IMG/VR virus record: IMGVR_UViG_3300012953_002253
Coordinates: 1 to 27,193 of that record
Source of the DNA: a virus
Taxonomy: Duplodnaviria; Caudoviricetes
DNA length: 27,193 bases
Reading direction: 5' to 3' (one strand)
In this document: piece by piece, positions 26,600 through 27,193 of the stretch
Numbering within the stretch: position 1 is the stretch's first letter
Layout of the letters: each line of letters begins with the position of its first letter
The notes under the pieces: generated by a model
What the model saw: the letters and a program-made list of their open reading frames with translations, nothing else
Told to the model about the DNA's origin: nothing
Databases searched by the model: none
Made by a program: the position numbers and the translations under genes

Positions 26600-27193
26600 T
26601 TAGTATCCGAATGTTGAGTCTGAAGGCGTATATGCCTGTTGTAAATGTAAATGTCTTAACCGACTATGTGGGTCAGCTAATCTTGGCCTTGACATAATTA
26701 AATATCTTAATGCGTCATAGGCATGGTCAGGTGCATGAGTATCGACATCTTCAGGATTGTTCTTATCCAGAGGAAGACCTTGAAGCTCGCGTATCAGATT
26801 AGGGCAAGTATTAAAAATTTGTATTCGTGGCCTTCCGCTTTGCTGTACTTTAAGATATTCGTGAATTTGAATTTTTCCTTGGACACGATTCTTATCTGCT
26901 CTACGAAGCTTATGACCTGCACGTTGTAGAGTTTCCCCTACTGTTGGCCCCGTAGTTCCTGTTCTTGCCCAAGCCGAGGTATCCAATACGCCTTGAACAC
27001 TATACGGGTCTTCGACTTCCATCTGTGTAATCACGGTGGCTAAGTCTTCACCCGTTAAATTTTTTCGGTATAGTTCTCTGTAAATTACCAGAGTACCGTC
27101 TGTTGGGTCTACTGCTCCCCAGATGCAAGCGCTTTCTGAGGCATACCCGTAGTCAATTCCTTTAACTCGTTCCCATCCGATTGGTATATCAAA
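26600..27193 (-). CDS. terL: Terminase large subunit, C-terminal RNase H-like nuclease domain (5'-truncated by the window edge)
   Basis: The frame is open to the window end: FDIPIGWERVKGIDYGYASESACIWGAVDPTDGTLVIYRELY...CPNLIREL...EDVDTHAPDHAYDALRY, including the acidic catalytic motifs. Confidence 0.93.
   Translation of the reverse strand, partial: FDIPIGWERVKGIDYGYASESACIWGAVDPTDGTLVIYRELYRKNLTGEDLATVITQMEVEDPYSVQGVLDTSAWARTGTTGPTVGETLQRAGHKLRRADKNRVQGKIQIHEYLKVQQSGRPRIQIFNTCPNLIRELQGLPLDKNNPEDVDTHAPDHAYDALRYLIMSRPRLADPHSRLRHLHLQQAYTPSDSTFGY

Noticed and set aside
3957-26929. The many plus-strand ORFs and short nested alternative-frame minus-strand ORFs in the ORF track (e.g. 16224-16865, 14511-14945, 21745-22188, 21801-22013, 22785-23012, 25072-25341)
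   Set aside because: They lie entirely within or antisense to well-supported long genes and have no recognisable motifs. They are the shadows expected from codon bias. Only 23770-23997 was kept.

Overview
The window is a single minus-strand virion-morphogenesis module of an AT-rich dsDNA tailed phage with podovirus architecture. Gene order and capsid/portal style recall marine HMO-2011-type podoviruses; this is from memory, not a database search. In transcription order (right to left) it holds: the terminase large subunit C-terminus, a beta-rich structural protein, portal, a small protein overprinted on the portal tail, a 510-aa head-region protein, scaffold, major capsid, a terminator, a 56-aa ORF, an IbpA-like Hsp20, a second 56-aa ORF, tail adaptor, nozzle, tail fiber and its chaperone, a GG-repeat peptide, a holin-like protein, five putative ejection/internal-virion genes, a membrane protein and an ErpA-type Fe-S carrier. 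The most notable signal is a [RK]-x-x-[F/K/R/S]-x-x-G-[G/S]-x-[V/M/I] peptide motif. It occurs nine times across three different virion proteins, and one of them also carries a tape-measure-type 'SDSIPARLSDGEFV' domain at the position where head-maturation genes usually sit. This suggests a capsid-targeting or cleavage-tag system (inference). Other signals are two distinct pairs of tandem bulged RNA hairpins directly ahead of the hsp20 and scaffold ribosome-binding sites, 29 uninterrupted 11-residue repeats in an ejection protein, and a 194-nt dual-coding overlap. All product calls come from motif recognition and synteny only.
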